From Octopus bimaculoides (Eukaryota): DNA of 64,000 nt. Every line of letters starts with the position of its first letter. Within the stretch, counting starts at the first letter, position 1. The position numbers and the translations under genes are program-made. The stretch covers positions 27,705,416 to 27,769,415 of the forward strand of contig NC_068984.1 of assembly GCF_001194135.2 (NCBI RefSeq), given 5' to 3'. The notes beneath the pieces are model-generated. The model ran no database searches and had not been told where the DNA came from. It saw nothing but the letters and a program-made list of their open reading frames with translations. Positions 12,669 through 26,675 of this stretch are shown in pieces.

Positions 12669-13873
12669 TTGGGTTTTTTTAAATTTTGGAATTTATTGCG
12701 TTAATTCTATTTCTGAATCATTTTGGAATCTATTTTGATTTTTTCTAGTTAATTTTAGTTAATTTTTGTTTATTTTCAGATCATTAAAATGGAATATCAA
12801 GTTAAGAAAAGCAAGCATTTTCAAGGCTGCAAAAGCTGCTCACAACATTTCTGCTGTGTATGGAGAGGGTGCCATAGCTGAAAGAACCGCTCGTGATTGG
12901 TATGCCAAGTTCAAAAGTGGAAATTTTGACCTCAAAGACGCACCTCGTTCTGGCCTTCCAGTTGAGTTTGATGAAGGGCGATTAAACCAACTTTTGCATA
13001 AAAATTCTCGTCAAACGACAAGGGAACTGGCAAAGAAAATGAAATGCTCCCATACTGCTATTGAGAAACATCTTCACTCGATGGGAAAGGTTCAGAAGTA
13101 TGGTGCATGGGTTCCGCATGCTTTGAGTGACAACAACAAAAATCAACGAGCCACAATCTCTGCTGGTTTGCTTGCTCATCACTGCTCAATTCATGGACAC
13201 AAGCAACGATTTCTTTACCGAATCATTACTGGTGACGAAAAATAGTGCCTGTACATCAATATGAAGCAGTGTAAGGAATGGCTTAGCCCCGGTAAACAAG
13301 CATCGCTGCGCATGAAACAAGATCTTCATTTGCGTAAAACAATGTTGTGCATATGGTGGGACTGGGAAGGGATTATCCATTATGAATTGCTTGAATGGAA
13401 CCAATCAGTCAATGCAGAACTCTATGTTCAACAGATGGAATGACTCAACACAGCTATTCAAGAGAAAAGACCTATGTAGCAGCATGGAGTTCTACTGCAC
13501 GACAACACCCACCCTCATATCGCCAATATGACCAAGGAAGCCATTCAAATGTATGGCTGAGAAGTGCTGCCACATCCACCATACTCTCCTGATTTGGCAC
13601 CAACGGATTTCTATGTCTTCGTATCTCTTTCAAATGCTATGTATGGAGTTTCATTCAATACTGATCCAGAATTGAGAGCTTGGTTGGATCAATTTTTCTA
13701 GTCGAAATCAGGTGATTTCTACCAACGAGGTACTGAAAATCTTGTTGAACGTTGGGAAGAAGTTGTAAACAAGAAGGGTGAATATATTATTGATTAATTA
13801 GTTGTCATTTTTTATTAAACCTTTTAAAGAATTTAAATTTAAAAAAACCATGAGAACTTAGTTGCCAACCCAA
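12669..13873 (+). mobile_element. Near-full-length mariner DNA transposon (D,D34D), inactive
   Basis: TA flanks both ends. The right TIR reads GAACTTAGTTGCCAACCCAA; the left TIR is reduced to TTGGGTT. The transposase has WVPHAL, ITGDEK, HDN and YSPDLAPTDF motifs. Confidence 0.95.
12789..13797 (+). pseudogene. Mariner transposase pseudogene
   Basis: ATG at 12789 (MEYQVKK), an early frameshift, in-frame stops at 13243, 13441, about 13477, 13558 and about 13699, ending KGEYIID* at 13797. Confidence 0.93.
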
Positions 13874-15873
13874 TATATAGTACATATGTTTATTTGGCAA
13901 AAAAAAAAAAATAATAAAATGATTATCCTGAAATAAAACAATATAATATAATGGTTATCCTTAATTAAGTTCAGTTACAAATGGTCAAATCTTCTGATAA
14001 TAGATGGTAGCATAGCTTTATGATTGCTTTGGTTTATGGTATGCTGTCAGCTAAATGCTTAGATGTGATACAGATTTCTGTTGTTTCAAATATACTATGT
14101 TTCTCCTTAGTTGACTACCAGACTGCATAATCTGACATGCAGTAGTTAATAGTATAGCATATAAAATTGCAATTTCAACCTGCAGTACTCTTGTCAAATT
14201 CTGTTTTCCTGAAGAATTTTGCTGTAGCTATAGTAGATGCCATCAAAGTGGGTTTGTTCAGACCACATCATTTACTGTTCTTCTGTATATCTCATTGGTG
14301 GTGTACACTCCAGCATTAGAGATAAAGACAGTAGTTGGAAACTGTGTTTGAAGAATAATGGGTAGTTGTGAATGTGATTATGAATATTTGTTGAAGTAGA
14401 TCACTTAAGTACAGGCATAAAAATAGTAGGTGAGAGGTTTCTACTATTGTGAAACTTCTCACCTACTTGTAGTTTCTATCAAGGAAATTACAAAGCATGT
14501 AAAGATGAATTCTGTACATTTAATATTTTCGGGGAGCTGTGAGATTGATAATCAGTATTTTATGTTGTTTTGCAGGTGATTTTCAGTATTTTGTTTGCAT
14601 TTTAAATCAGATTAGACATTGAATGAATGATTTCTCCTCATCACTATGGAAGTAATTTTACTAAATTAGAATTTATTGGCTTATTACACCAAGCATATTT
14701 GCACTCATTTCACTTTATATGTAATAAACATCCCTAGATGTTTTACTTCAATCGTTATAATTACTTACAGCAACATGAAATGCTAGAAGCTATATCTCTG
14801 ATGTCATTATATCTTGAAGTTACATCATTGCTTCATTGATGACGTTTAATAACAATATGTAAAGTTGTTACTAACCTACTTAAAAATTAAACTCACTCTA
14901 ACTGCGTTTCATGTTTAATTAGTTTCAACGAGTTTTCTCTCATTGTCTTTTCGTTTACCAAGAATAGTCATTCAGATTATGATTTTCCTTGCCATTATGG
15001 GTATAATCTTACCCAAACAACATTTTTTGGTTTACTTCATCAAATTTGGCAATAACCACTTCATTGTATGTAGATAGCAGAAGATGGAGTTGAAAGATTT
15101 ACTGACGTCAAGGGTAGATTGAATATTGAATGTATGAGCTGTTTGCTTGTTAATAAAACCAGTACGTATCATCTTTGCAAGATTCGAGTGTCATAGTAAC
15201 CAAATTGACCTAAATCTGCTGCTGTTGTTATTTATTTGAAATAAGATCTGGTCAAGTATATGTATGACCAAAGATATTTCATCCCTGATCATATTGTTAT
15301 ATTTCTGGCCACTTAACTCACTGCACATAGGAAAAGAACATGGTGGTCATTTTTCTATGCTGTCCAGTATTTCCTACACTTAAAGACAGTAGTGTGTGAT
15401 TTGAAATGACTTTGATTGCTATTTTTTGCAGGTCAGTCAACCACATAGAATTTTCCGCATGAGCTCCTAGTCTAAATCTCTGTTGTGACTTGTAAAACGT
15501 AATATGTGAATTAGTGATATAAAGGGTTAGACTTTCTATTATTTTTGAGGGTGTACATAGGAATTGGAGGGGTCCATAGAATACATCATTACTTCTATAT
15601 TTAGCAAGGCTTAAGTTTTGTGATGCTTTCGACCAATTTTCTCTATTTTGAGTATTTCAGAGTACTGTATATTAGTAATACATCTTATTAGTGTTTCAGT
15701 CCAAATCAAGCAGACTTATGTGCAAAGGCATTTCAGAGTGACTGTCTTGCCTTTTTATGTGACTGCATATGTGAGCTTCTTTAAGATAGTAAATGTGATT
15801 TAGCTGCTATTTATGATAGATTGAGTGAATCCCTAAAGGCTCTTTTCTAGTGGCGTCAGCACCAGCATCAGTG

Positions 15874-15905
15874 ACAGCAGCAGCAGCAGCAGCAGCAGCA
15901 ACAGT
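15874..15905. repeat. (CAG)n microsatellite
   Basis: Directly visible. Confidence 0.9.
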
Positions 15906-18900
15906 AATAGAAGTAGAAGCAATAGCAATAGTGATTGTTGTTGTTTAGCCTCAGGTCATCACTGATTGAGCAGAATAATAATCAAAGATATTCAGTCTGT
16001 CACCCATTTTTAAAAAATTTTTGTGCCTCTAGGACTACATCTTTCATCGTGTCTCTTCTGTTTTTAAGAGAAGTGTTGAGATGTGTTATAATTATGGATA
16101 TTAGTAAGTGGAAAATTTTCTTCAGGGTTGAAATGTTTGAGATTTTGTCAAGCTCTGAGGCCATTGAACTTTGGTGTTGTGGCTGTCTTTTTGCTAAATA
16201 AACAGACATAATTGTTTCATGAACTTTTGTACTGCACAGCAATAAAACATTTGCATAGAATTTACATTAATCAAGTAGGATAAGGCAAGTATAAATTGCT
16301 TTTTCATTTTATTTGAGAGCTTATATCATACTTATTTTTATGATAGCTTAGGAAAGCTATTATAGATATTTTCTAAGGAATACCATGTTGCTATCTCTTG
16401 TGAGCTGAGGATATGGAGACAATTACACTCATCCCCTCTTTTGGTCTTATGGTTTGTGGCAGTACCACAGTTGCTGTGGCTGTGGCTGTGGCTGCACAGA
16501 AGGTAGAACTGAGGACCATAGAAGACATGGCCACTTCAACATTCTATCGATCAGAAGATGATAATGACACAGTAAAACTATGCATGATGATTGTCAGTCA
16601 CATATACAGGATACCCAACAGCATCACACTTGTTTTCTGAAACAAAAGTAACTCATTAGTTAAGATTTTGATAGTATAAAAACCAAACAAAAATAGAATG
16701 AATTAAAATTTATTTGGTACCTACCCTGGTCCCTATTTATGTGCTCACTGCCATAACTTTAGAATCTGGAATACCTTTGTGTAAAGGTTCTGTTTTATGC
16801 CACCTGTGTGAAGAGTTTAACACCAGTTTCATGCAGAGTGGTGAGTTTTAAATTTCGGTTACATGTATTATTGGACCATATATTTCTTTGAACATTTTTA
16901 TGTGCTCAATTTTCACCATTCATTTGTTATCTTACCTGCAGTAATCCCATCTGCTTCTCTTTCTCTGACATATTTAACACTACTTTACCCAGTATTTGAA
17001 GTATATTTAGATGATAGGTGAACTATGCAGTAGATTTGCTTGCTAATTTTAGTAGTTCTAAAGATCACATAAAGACTCTCTCATTGATTTGTCATATTCA
17101 TTATATGTAAATGATAGTGAAAAAAGCCATGAGAAATTAAATTAATTTTGTCAAGATTTTATTTATAATACTAATAATTTGTTACCTGGGATATCCTACC
17201 AATATTACCTTCGCTTTGTATCTATATTAGAAGACACAATTGAAAGTTTATAAGGAAAACCAAAACAATATTCTTCTGCTTTTCTGTTAGAACTTCCCTG
17301 CTTGTGTGTTGTTGACTTTGTTATTTAATTCCCAGTTCAGTCCTGATCAAATAAGCTTATGATGAAAGATTAACTGCTACGGATCGTCCTTTCTTTATGC
17401 ATATTGGGATTACATTATCCAATGCATTCTTACTTTTTGTTCAAGACTGTAGGGTGTGATTTGAGGTACATTTGTCTACTATTAGTAGAATGTCAAGTGA
17501 CTACATAGAGGCTCATTCGATGACTCATTTGCCTAATTGTTGAAACTGAGAGTAAACACTTTATTCTATACTCCTTGTTTCTTTTCTAAAGATGAAACAT
17601 ATTCAGCAGAGGAATTTACAGAAGAATTGAAGTAATTTCCTGATAGGAACAAAAGTCAGCCAGGTTCCTAATTTATCTATTTGTTCACATTTACATTCAC
17701 TTATCTATGCTAGCAATAATAAGTTCGTATATTGTGGGGAAGAGGGAAAATTTCATAATTTGCAGTGTTCCTTTGCCTGAAAGAAGCCATAAATTTCAGG
17801 TCAACATTTTTATGTGTCTCGTTGGAAAAGTCAAATCAGTTTTCTTTCTACTCATCAGTTTTCTTTGTTAAACTCACATTTAATCTTCACTATCACTCAC
17901 CATCATTAGTTTCCTGAAACTCTTATCTATCTTAATATAATAGTAATTAGAAAAGTTGATTTTCCAAATTTTTTCATGTGTATATTATTAAAGTCAAATA
18001 GAATTGGATACTCCTTCTATTGTTAAACACAGTTTAACAATCGTACAGTTGAGCAATAAAAGAATGGTATAAGTTATCTGTCAGCCAAATATATTAAAGG
18101 AACTAGAGCCATATCTCCATCTCAATGGTGTAATATAGCTACTATTAGTACTATGTAACTCTCATTGTTGGGTAGTCAGCAACTAAATCGTTCTACTACA
18201 TCTGTCTTTCTGACTGAGCAACATATTTGAAGTGAAAAAAATCTCAAAATGTTGAAGAGCTTCTCACTGAGAAACTAACAACCAAATGTGCCTAGAAAGA
18301 AACTAAGTGCTGTCAGGTTATCTGTTCATTGAAGTATATATTATTGTGGACCGATGGCTTTTTAACGCTGTAGATCTAAGACAAAATCATCAAAATTGAA
18401 CTCATGACATTGCAAAGATTAATCTAACTATTCAGTATAGAAATTTTCCCTAATAGTAAATAACTTTATAATAATGAACTTTAATAATGAGCTGTTTATA
18501 AAATACATTTCTTTTTATATTTTAATCTTTTCATCCATCATATTTACCACATTTGCTCAATGACACTGTTTTCTTTATACTTCCAAATATATATTTTTTT
18601 TTAACTGGAACAACTCCAAATTCATATGAATTGATAGATTTGTATTCATGTCTTAGAGACGTTTATGACTCTTAAGTCGATCGCAAAATATAAACAAAAC
18701 TACATCAAATCTAAACAATAATATATATAATTTTAAGAATATTCAAGATGGAGGGAAATATTTGTGTAATGCTTAAATGAAAAGATTCACTGAAAAGAAA
18801 AACAAATATTCAAATAGAATAAATACATACGTATAGGTGTGTAAATACATATATGTGCATGTGTGTGTGTGTGTGTGTGTGTACAAGATAAACAAACGCC

Positions 18901-19199
18901 AGCTTAAATTACTTTGATCAGGTACAAAGATGTGAAGTAAAATTCATGTGCAAATAATCAAGAACTTATTGAAACTTACTGATGGACAAGATATATAATG
19001 TAGAAAGTAGATATTGTTTATAATCTATTGTCTAAAACTTACACTAAATATTATTACATGAAAGTTTTATATTAAAATTAAGAAACTGTATAACTACAAC
19101 TAAGTAAGTAAAATGCCTCACATCATTAGAACTAATTCTTAGTATATTTATAATTTAAGAATATTTAGTTTTGCTGAAGTTTATTCTAAATAACCATCT

Positions 19200-19720
19200 C
19201 TAGTCTTGGACAATGGGCAATTGAAAGCCTGAAAGCCCCTACGAATGCAAGTCCTGACAATTAATGATTATCTTTCTGAGACCTCCTATTTATGATACTG
19301 TAAAAGCAGTATCTCATAGACTAGTTTTCTTCTTCATGATAAGAAAATACTTTAGGTCTATGCAGTTACTTAATCTCTACAAATCTTAAGTGAGATCCAC
19401 ACCTAAATGCTGCTCTCATATCTTAAATGGAGCAAATATTACACAGAAACATCTTAAATTGTATCAAAAAATAATACTAGACAATTAATTGGTAAATACT
19501 CAGTCACCAATAATCTCCAACCAGCGAATATTGTGTCTTCTACTCTGATATTACAATGGCCTGTATACTTTAGAGCCAAGTATTTGCATTCCAACCTAAG
19601 CCTACCCAACAGGCCCACTGCTCCTCCTTTCATTGCTCATTCTGTGTTTTCCCTCATCCCAGGTCCTCTAATAACTACTCTCCAAACTCTTACTTCCTTG
19701 AATGTAATTTCGTTCTGACT
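19200..19720 (+). mobile_element. CR1/L2-type LINE 3' remnant (RT C-terminus)
   Basis: AVSHRLVFFFMIRKYFRSMQLLNLYKS*VRSTPKCCSHILNGA followed by YYNGL; this resembles the QLLxLYKxQVRPxLEYCSHIW...FYRYYxG pattern. Confidence 0.7.
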
Positions 19721-20379
19721 CATGTGTTTTACCATTGATGCTGGTGTGCAGTTGTTTAAGCTGAAGATTGACTGCATCAATTTCTATATAATCTTGTAGG
19801 GCTTGCCACAGTCAAAGTTGTAGTGCTTTTCTCCCAGCTAAATCCTTAAATTGATTGATTTTATATTTAAAATCTAAGAAAAATATATGTACAAATGAAC
19901 AATTGCAAATCCCATCATTTTTTGATATTTTCATTAGTAAGTTGTGCATAATGAGTCAAATGTCTTCACCTTTATAATTGAACAACTTGACTGAATCTAA
20001 CAACTTATGACCAGTCTTTAGGATGTAACATACCAGTGGTAACTTAATCTATGAGAAAAAGTAACTAAATATATTTCATACAACAATTCTCTTTCAAAAT
20101 GTTGGATATATTGGGTAATGTAGATCGAGATACATTCTCTGAAAAGAAAAAAAACAACAATTATGGATAGAATGCTTTGGATCAATGGTTTCTTCATTTT
20201 GAAGTTGAACCAAGGCAAAACAACAAATATAATGTAAGCTCTCATTCTACAATAAAATTTATCATTCCCATTTATTAAAATGCTTTTGTTGAAAATATTC
20301 AACTCTGAAGTAAAATTATTTTTGAACTAAAATCCCAAGTTTTTGGGAAAGCCACACAACAAAAATGCCTGCTACAAAA

Positions 20380-21470
20380 CATTAAAATTATTACATTTCA
20401 TAAATGCCATGTTTAGCCACCAAACTTTACAAAATTGTTTAACGTTTATCAAGACAAATCAAGAATTCAGACAGAACTACAATTACAATTCTATCAATAT
20501 TATTTTCCTCAAAATTACAAATTCTTGAAATAACAGCTTATTCAAAGTTCAAGACATCAAAATGTTTGAGGGATCCTCAATATTATAAAATTATTGCGAT
20601 GTAATATTCAGGCAGTTGTATGCTATCAAAATTCACAATTCTAACAAACCAGGATTACATTAAATACATCTGTTTTAGTATGTCTATATTGGCTAAAAAT
20701 GCAAGCAAGAAAATCTGAATAATTGACTTACACACTTCAATAGATTCAATGTCATTAATGCTTTATAAAAAAAATGCAGTATTAGACATTTGTGGCCTCA
20801 GTGAATATTGAGAATTCTGTCAAATTTGTGATTATAAATGTTTTAATTTCTAAACTTTCTAGAGTCATCAAAATTGAAAATCTATGTTCGACATTATTTC
20901 AAATGCTTGACATACCAGAGTTAGCATTTTCGTCAAATCAGCGGACAAAATTACAAATTCTGAAAGCCCAGTTGTACAGAAATTATAAATTCTAACTTAT
21001 TCCATGTTATGAAAGATTCCAACAAGAATACACTGTTCTGACAAATCATGAAAACTGATGATTCTGATAAATCCTAATTGGTGTCAGTGTAAAGTTCTAT
21101 TAGCTCAAGGTCATCAGATTTGAAATTTCAATAGTTTTTCACTTCTCAAAATTAAAAATTATTCGAATAAAAGATTATCAAAAGATCAGGTTTGATGTCA
21201 TTAATATTAGAAAATATGACTTTCAGAACATCAAAATTACCAATTCTGACGCATCTGAGACTAATAATATTTGAAATGTTGCATTTTTCTATATCTGTTA
21301 GAACTGGATCTTAATTGAAAATTGTCAACCCTCACACTTCTGGGATCATTAAATTTCTAAATTATGTCAAGTCTGGGTTTCCAAAAGCAGCCAATTTTCA
21401 TAACTCTATAGTCACTAGAATGACATATTCTAATAAAACTGTGGTCATTAAAATTACAGATGTTGACATG
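20380..21470. repeat. Decayed tandem repeat, unit about 30-33 bp, consensus near GTCATCAAAATTACAAATTCTGAC
   Basis: Variants at about 20508, 20625, 20864, 20945, 21145, 21228, 21346 and 21444. Confidence 0.6.
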
Positions 21471-22520
21471 TGCAGGTATGACAGAGTGGCTGAGAAATTC
21501 TTTACATAACCATAGGGTCTTGGATTCATTCCCAGTGTTATACCTTAGATAAGTTTCTTCTGTTTTAAACCCAGGTTGATCAAAGCCTTTTGAATAAATA
21601 AATCAAAGAGATAGAAACTGTGGGGAAGCCCATTAATTATATGTGTGTGGTGTGTGTGTATGTATGTGTATGCATATATGTATATGTGTGTGCATGTTTG
21701 TGTTTGTCTTCCCACTAATTGAGAACTGGTTTTGGTTTGATTACTAACATGCAAATTAGTGGTTTGGCAAAAGTGTACGATAGAATAATTGGCAAGCTTG
21801 AAATAAATACTGGGGTTAATTTGTTTGATTAACAATACAAGGTGGGGCTTCAGCATGACTGCAATCCAATGAATTTACAAGTAAAAGAGTGAAGTTGCAG
21901 GAAAATTACAATTACTATTTTTGATATGATAAAGAAAAAAAAAATTGAAGTTTTAGCTGGTTCTGTGGTTATCAAATATACACAATGAACAGGAGTTGAC
22001 TGTTGGATGGGGTGGGGAGTGAGGTGGGGTATGGTCGGTTTAATTGCCTATTCCATATTGCCCACATCTGTGGTTTTGAGTCTATATTACAAATCAATAC
22101 AACAATGCACGGCAAGAATCTGTTTCAGTTACTGAATCTCAAATAAATTCAATCTCTAAATTTAACCTCAAAACGGAGTACATCCTTTTTATTTACTATG
22201 AAGATAACTGATTAAAGCAAGAGAAAAATATAATTGCCAAATAAATATTTACATTATCTTTGGTTCAGCTTCCGAAACCATAACTAATGGCACAATGTAT
22301 ATAGTGTATCAAGTACACATAATGTTAAACTGGCAGACTTATGGGTGGCAATCTTTTATTCGGTAAGTAATAATAAAATTTAAAATACATTTCTAGCTTA
22401 TTAACTCACTCTGTTAAGCAACCCCAACAAAATTGTAAAACTTTTAAAATTCTGCTGAATATCTTGGTCTCCACAAATAATTAGAAGTCAGAATATATAC
22501 ATATATATATATACATATAT

Positions 22521-22739
22521 ACTCTTTTACTCTGTTACTTGTTTCAGTCATTTGACTGTGGCCATGCTGGAGTACCTCCTGTAGTCAAGCAAATCGACCC
22601 CAGGACTTATTCTTTGTAAGCCTAGTACTTATTCTATCAGTCTCTTTTGCTGAACCGCTAAGTTATGGGGACGTAAACACACCAGCATCGGTTGTTAAGC
22701 GATGTTGGGGGGGACAGACACAGACACACAAACATATAT

Positions 22740-22770
<31 letters not shown>

Positions 22771-22940
22771 CATATATAAATATATACGACGGGCTTCTTT
22801 CAGTTTCCGTCTACCAAATCCACTCACAAGGCTTTGGTCGGCCTGAGGCTATAGTAGAAGACATTTACCCTAGGTGCCACGCAGTGGGACTGAACCTGGA
22901 ACCATGTGGTTGGTAAGCTAGCTACTTACCACACAGCCAC
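22521..22940 (-). mobile_element. tRNA-derived SINE, family A (near complete)
   Basis: Reverse complement of the 48666-49183 copy, including the GAATAAGTCCTGGGGTCGATTTG core. Confidence 0.88.
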
Positions 22941-23029
22941 ATATATAAACAAGTTTCATTGAGTTGAATGCTTTGCATGAATAAAAAAAATGAAATTCTG
23001 GAAAGCACAAATAGTGTAGAAAGACTCTC

Positions 23030-23560
23030 CTCATGGCAATCTTCAGTAAGTGATATCTAGTGTGAATGCTTCATTGGCCATAGCTTATGAAATTGTCTGA
23101 AACAGATACACATTACCTTGACCAGAAACACCAGAGTCAAAGAAATATGTGAGAAGAGGCTATAAAGAAATATATAAGAAGAGGCAAAAATCTGGATAAC
23201 TTGAAGTCATCATCATCATCCAGAAGTTAATCAAAATTGCAGCGAAGTTCTATGTGTTGCACAGTGAAACTCTCAATTCATGCATGTCGATAAGAACATT
23301 GTCTAAAAATTACAGTTGAATGTTGTTTTTCTTTTAGTCAACAGACATGGATATGTCAATATAGAACTATTCTAGAATCCAAGCATCCTTATCAAGTCAA
23401 ACCAAAATGTTAGAACAGCCATAGAACATAATACAATACTTATGTGAGTTATACTGTAAAATATCAGCATCAGTATATAGAGTTGGGTAAAAATGCCCAG
23501 AAGCTACGTAATCAGTATTCAATCATATTGTTGTTTTGGATCAACTTTTTTGTCAAACTT
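23030..23560 (-). mobile_element. Possible hAT (Charlie/Buster-like) transposase C-terminal remnant
   Basis: The minus strand gives DKDAWILE..LDNVLIDMHE..LINFW..SYPDF..PLLTYFFDSGVS, resembling the WIxNPF..LxxFW..YP..TYLCESGFS pattern; heavily decayed. Confidence 0.4.
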
Positions 23561-25514
23561 AAACAAAAAAGAAATGGTTATTTATAAGTAAAGCAAAATT
23601 ATAGTACAACAAAACGGAAATGAAAATATCCAGAAACACATTTTGGATGCTTTTTGTTGGAGAATTTATCCAGAACAAAGAATTGAACTCCTAGATATCT
23701 GTGTTGGCATTGTCATGAAATAAATTACTATGAAAATCATGATGAGCACCAATTGAAGTATCATCATCGTTATCTTCATCATTACTGATGAGTGTGTCAT
23801 TATCGTTAGCATTGTTGTTATCATCAATATAATAACAATCATCAATGAACTTGCACTTCGATCAACTAACAAGCCAACATGCTATACTCAACAAAGATTC
23901 TTAAAGCAGTCAAATTTGAGAAATCATTATGGTAGTTTACACAAAATTCCTTAATAAACATATGCATAAACCAATTTTGTAATCAATGTTAAAATTATTT
24001 CTAAAGATAAAAAAGCAAATAATGAAAAACTAGTCTTGCAAAATACTGTCATATTCATTGTTTTCTTTTCATTTCTCTCCCTTTTTTAAAAAATTCAAAA
24101 TCCCTCCATGACCGAAAAATGAGAAATAGTTGCTTCCTTTTCTTTATTTTTTTTTAATTTCGTCAACATTTCATTTTGTTTATTTTATATTTAATTTCCT
24201 ACCCTCTTATTTACTCGCCGAACTGAATTAATTCCTCTTTGAAATCACTTTTGCCATTCTGTCACCAGATCTCGTCAGCGATTCTGTCAAATCTACCAAA
24301 ATATCCCCTCACTAACTTTAGCTTTTGTTTATCGAAAATGGGCAATAAAATACCACTCAATCTCTAATTTTTAATTCTCTTGTCAAGACATAACAGTTTC
24401 CTTCATTTGTTTTTTTAAAATACTTTATATATTTTTCTCACAGTGACGTTAAAATAGGAGTTATATTTTGCCCTTATATTTTAAAAGGCAATTTATGTCA
24501 TGTTGTATACACATTCTAAAATTTTTATTATATTTTCTGGATTTGTCTCTGTTGATTTTTCTTTAAAAACGTCTTTAAATTTCAATTTTTGTTTCTTAGT
24601 CACAGTTTTATTGTTCATTTCTTTTTTATGATGGTGATGATGATGATATAAAAAGAAAAAAGGTCTAAATTAAACAAAATAAATAAATGACATTTTTCTT
24701 TTTCTTTGCAATCAAAGTTGAATATGTTTGTTGGAATCTGGAAGGATTATTTTTAGCTAGTGTGATGATAGAATTTTGGTTATTATTAATTGCTGGTTCA
24801 CATTCCAGTTCATTATCCAAAATGTTTTGAAGCAACATAGGAGCACTCTCATACACAAAACATGTTCTCCTCCCACCTCTCTCACTCACTCACACTTTTT
24901 CATGCATACATATACACACACCCTCACACACACACCCTCACACATACACGTATACACACCCTCAAATGCTGAAATTAAAAAGAAAAAGTAAATTTAATGC
25001 CTGTTTTTAATTTCTGTATTTAGAGCTATTTTCAAATTTTGCCAATACAAATTGCTATTAAATTCTAAGAAATGCCTAAATCTTGGAAATGTGTTTATGT
25101 ATATGACTGTATGTGTGTGCGAGTTAGTATATATGGATAGGTATACGGAGANNNNNNNNNNNNNNNNNNNNNNNNNNNNNNNNNNNNNNNNNNNNNNNNN
25201 TTGTTTTTAAAAGAATTTACAATAACACTTCTGATAATGTGAGTACTAACTGAATTTAAGTAATTAAAACTTCACCTATATCTCATCGACTAACTTAGAT
25301 CAAGAAAGGCAGGGGAGGCAATCCCAGAATTTAAATTAAGTAAAATTATGTAAAAAAAGTAGAATGGGTGGGGGTGCGGGAGTGATTCTGTTTGTTTTTT
25401 TTTGATATTTATCAAGTGTTGAAACTAAAATGAAGACATCTTAGAAAGGTCATTTTAGCATTTGAAAACACACAGTAGAAAAAACACATAACTACAGTTT
25501 TGTTACATGTTTAC

Positions 25515-25790
25515 AATCTGGTCTCTGACTTGGCTCCACTACAACTGTTGAAAATCAGTTACTAGTGAGTTTTTGTGATTCACAAGGGGTCCTGGCTTTA
25601 ATGGTATTGCAGAAGGCCTTGCTGGAGACCCAACCTTCTGAGTTTTTTTTTACAGGGCTTAGAAAAACTGAAGGGCTGCTGCAATAAGTGTGTGAATCCG
25701 AGAGGGAAATGTGTTAAATAAAATCATAATTAACTGATTTTCCTGTATTTTCTTTTACCCAAAGCCAGGAAGTTTTCTGCAATTAGAACT
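25515..25790 (+). mobile_element. Mariner transposase C-terminal remnant
   Basis: SDLAP-like motif and FLQGLEKLKGCCNKCVNPRGKCVK*, matching the mariner terminus GIxKLxxRWxKCVxxxGxYVEK*. Confidence 0.7.
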
Positions 25791-26639
25791 GTTACAGGAG
25801 CAATATTTTGGTACAGAAACCTATGTTATCTTTTTAGTGATAACCATTAGCTATTGTAGGATTTGCACTTAGAATATAAAGCAACGTAACTGAAACCTGT
25901 TCTTGCATGCTACTATTTCTGGCATCCCATTACCCTACTAATGAATTGTTAAAAATAGTCTTATATATAAAGACACATATAGTCTTATACAAAGTCACAG
26001 ATTTAAGGGGAAGATGGGATAGATGATTAAATGGACATCCTTTCTTGAATGGTATTTATTTAATCAACATTGGGTGTACGAAACATCTTCATCTAGTACA
26101 ACCTTGATGGGATTAAAAGTTTCTTTGTCGAAGCACCTTACATGATTACATGCCACAACTGACTGGTAGGTTGCCTTTTTGTTTTGGAGGATAAATAGAA
26201 AGAAAACTATGCAGCTCATGTGAGGAGTCAGTTCTACCAAGACAAAATCCTGGAGATTCTTGTGATTTATAGTATTAAAGGATTTGGGACCAATAAAATA
26301 TTGAAGCATATCTCAATGGCTTTCAGGACATGGAAACAATAAAACAAAACACAAAACCTGCCTACAAAGGAAGATGCATAAATTTCCAGTGACTTGAATA
26401 AGCTCATATACATGTAAACATATGCATTCACATATGAAGAGTGAGATGGAGGGGGAAAAGGATAAAGATGGATAGATATATAGACATAGATAGATATTAA
26501 GTACAAAGAAAGAGAAGGGGGAGAGGGTGGGGAGAGAGAGAGAGGAGAGAGAAGAAGAGAGTGAGAGAGAGAGGAGAGAGAAGGAGAGAGTCAGTGAAAG
26601 AGACATGGGCTAATATGCAACTCGTAAATGATGGATATG

Positions 26640-26675
<36 letters not shown>

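Noticed and set aside
26142-26174. Possible 33-nt minus-strand exon (ATYQSVVACNH)
   Set aside because: The acceptor lacks an adjacent polypyrimidine tract and the peptide is unrecognisable.
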